This document shows, piece by piece, positions 63,653-64,000 of a DNA stretch of 64,000 nt (position 1 is the stretch's first letter; every line of letters starts with the position of its first letter). The notes below the pieces were generated by a model. The model was not told where the DNA came from. It saw only the letters and a program-made list of their open reading frames with translations, and searched no databases. This DNA comes from Polyangiaceae bacterium. GTDB taxonomy: Bacteria > Myxococcota_A > Polyangia > Polyangiales > Polyangiaceae. The stretch is taken from assembly GCA_965222375.1 (NCBI GenBank), contig CBDCTZ010000014.1:1120001-1184000 (forward strand), read 5' to 3'. A program made the translations under genes and the position numbers.

Positions 63653-64000
63653 TCAAGGAAGCGGCGCGCCCTTGCAACGCTTCACCATGGCGCTGAAGGC
63701 CTGCTTCATGATCTTCTGGCGCATATCGGGCTTGAGCTTGGACAATTTGGCCTTCGGGTACTCGGCCTTGAACACCTTCCACGCAGCGGTGCAATTGCCA
63801 GCGCGCGCGTAGCAGCTTGCGCCCATGTGGAAGAGAGATTTTCGCCAGTTCTCTGCCGTTTGGTCGTCTGGATTGCGCGGTTTGACCTGCTTCGAGAGCT
63901 TTCTCACCTTCGCGATGTTCTGCTCGCAGTCCAGTCGGCTCTCCACGTAGGCGCCGCGGCTCAGAAGCTGTGCGGCGCGGGAGAGTTGCTCCCGCTTTGT
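63653..64000 (-). CDS. Partial CDS (5' end outside the window), paralog of 62784-63641
   Basis: Frame open to 64000; DC..NIA.VR.LS..VKP..PDD..LFH.GA.C.ARA..C..AW pattern shared. Confidence 0.8.
   Translation of the reverse strand, partial: TKREQLSRAAQLLSRGAYVESRLDCEQNIAKVRKLSKQVKPRNPDDQTAENWRKSLFHMGASCYARAGNCTAAWKVFKAEYPKAKLSKLKPDMRQKIMKQAFSAMVKRCKGAPLP

Noticed and set aside
1..64000. Numerous long antisense or alternate-frame ORFs and over-extended 5' ends (e.g. 2672, 13776, 19344, 31788, 36258, 59713)
   Set aside because: Expected in high-GC DNA. Starts were reassigned using RBS, signal peptides and domain boundaries.
1..64000. tRNA, rRNA, IS/transposase, integrase or prophage genes
   Set aside because: I saw no such signatures by eye. 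A tRNAscan, Rfam or ISEScan run would be needed to exclude small elements.

Overview
GC-rich bacterial chromosomal window. Gene content (Ser/Thr kinases, Cys-rich lipoproteins, TPR/PEGA modules, a globin-coupled kinase) suggests Myxococcota, probably Polyangiaceae-like; this is inference only. About 60 CDSs. I found no rRNA, tRNA, CRISPR array or transposase. Main systems: (1) a PlpX-like radical SAM/SPASM 'splicease' gene (57577-58791) convergent with a small Zn-ribbon/lipoprotein-like precursor carrying two identical 19-aa cores with an A-Y-G motif (59042-59491), with a methyltransferase gene and a tandemly duplicated sigma54-type promoter upstream of the precursor. (2) A compact nitrite-reduction operon: a lipoprotein NirS with an extra N-terminal cytochrome c, then nirJ, nirF, a single-chain nirDL/ahbAB and an orphan PhnD-like protein. 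(3) An adjacent putative hypoxia island with a globin-coupled His kinase, a receiver protein, a hybrid kinase, four USP genes and three CBS genes, with several sigma54-like promoters. Also present are a tetraheme cytochrome c with a candidate sigma54/enhancer region, a kinase-TPR-Cys-rich lipoprotein operon, puuD, frameshifted or fragmentary genes, and several intergenic hairpins and repeats. All family assignments come from motif recognition by eye; no database searches were run.
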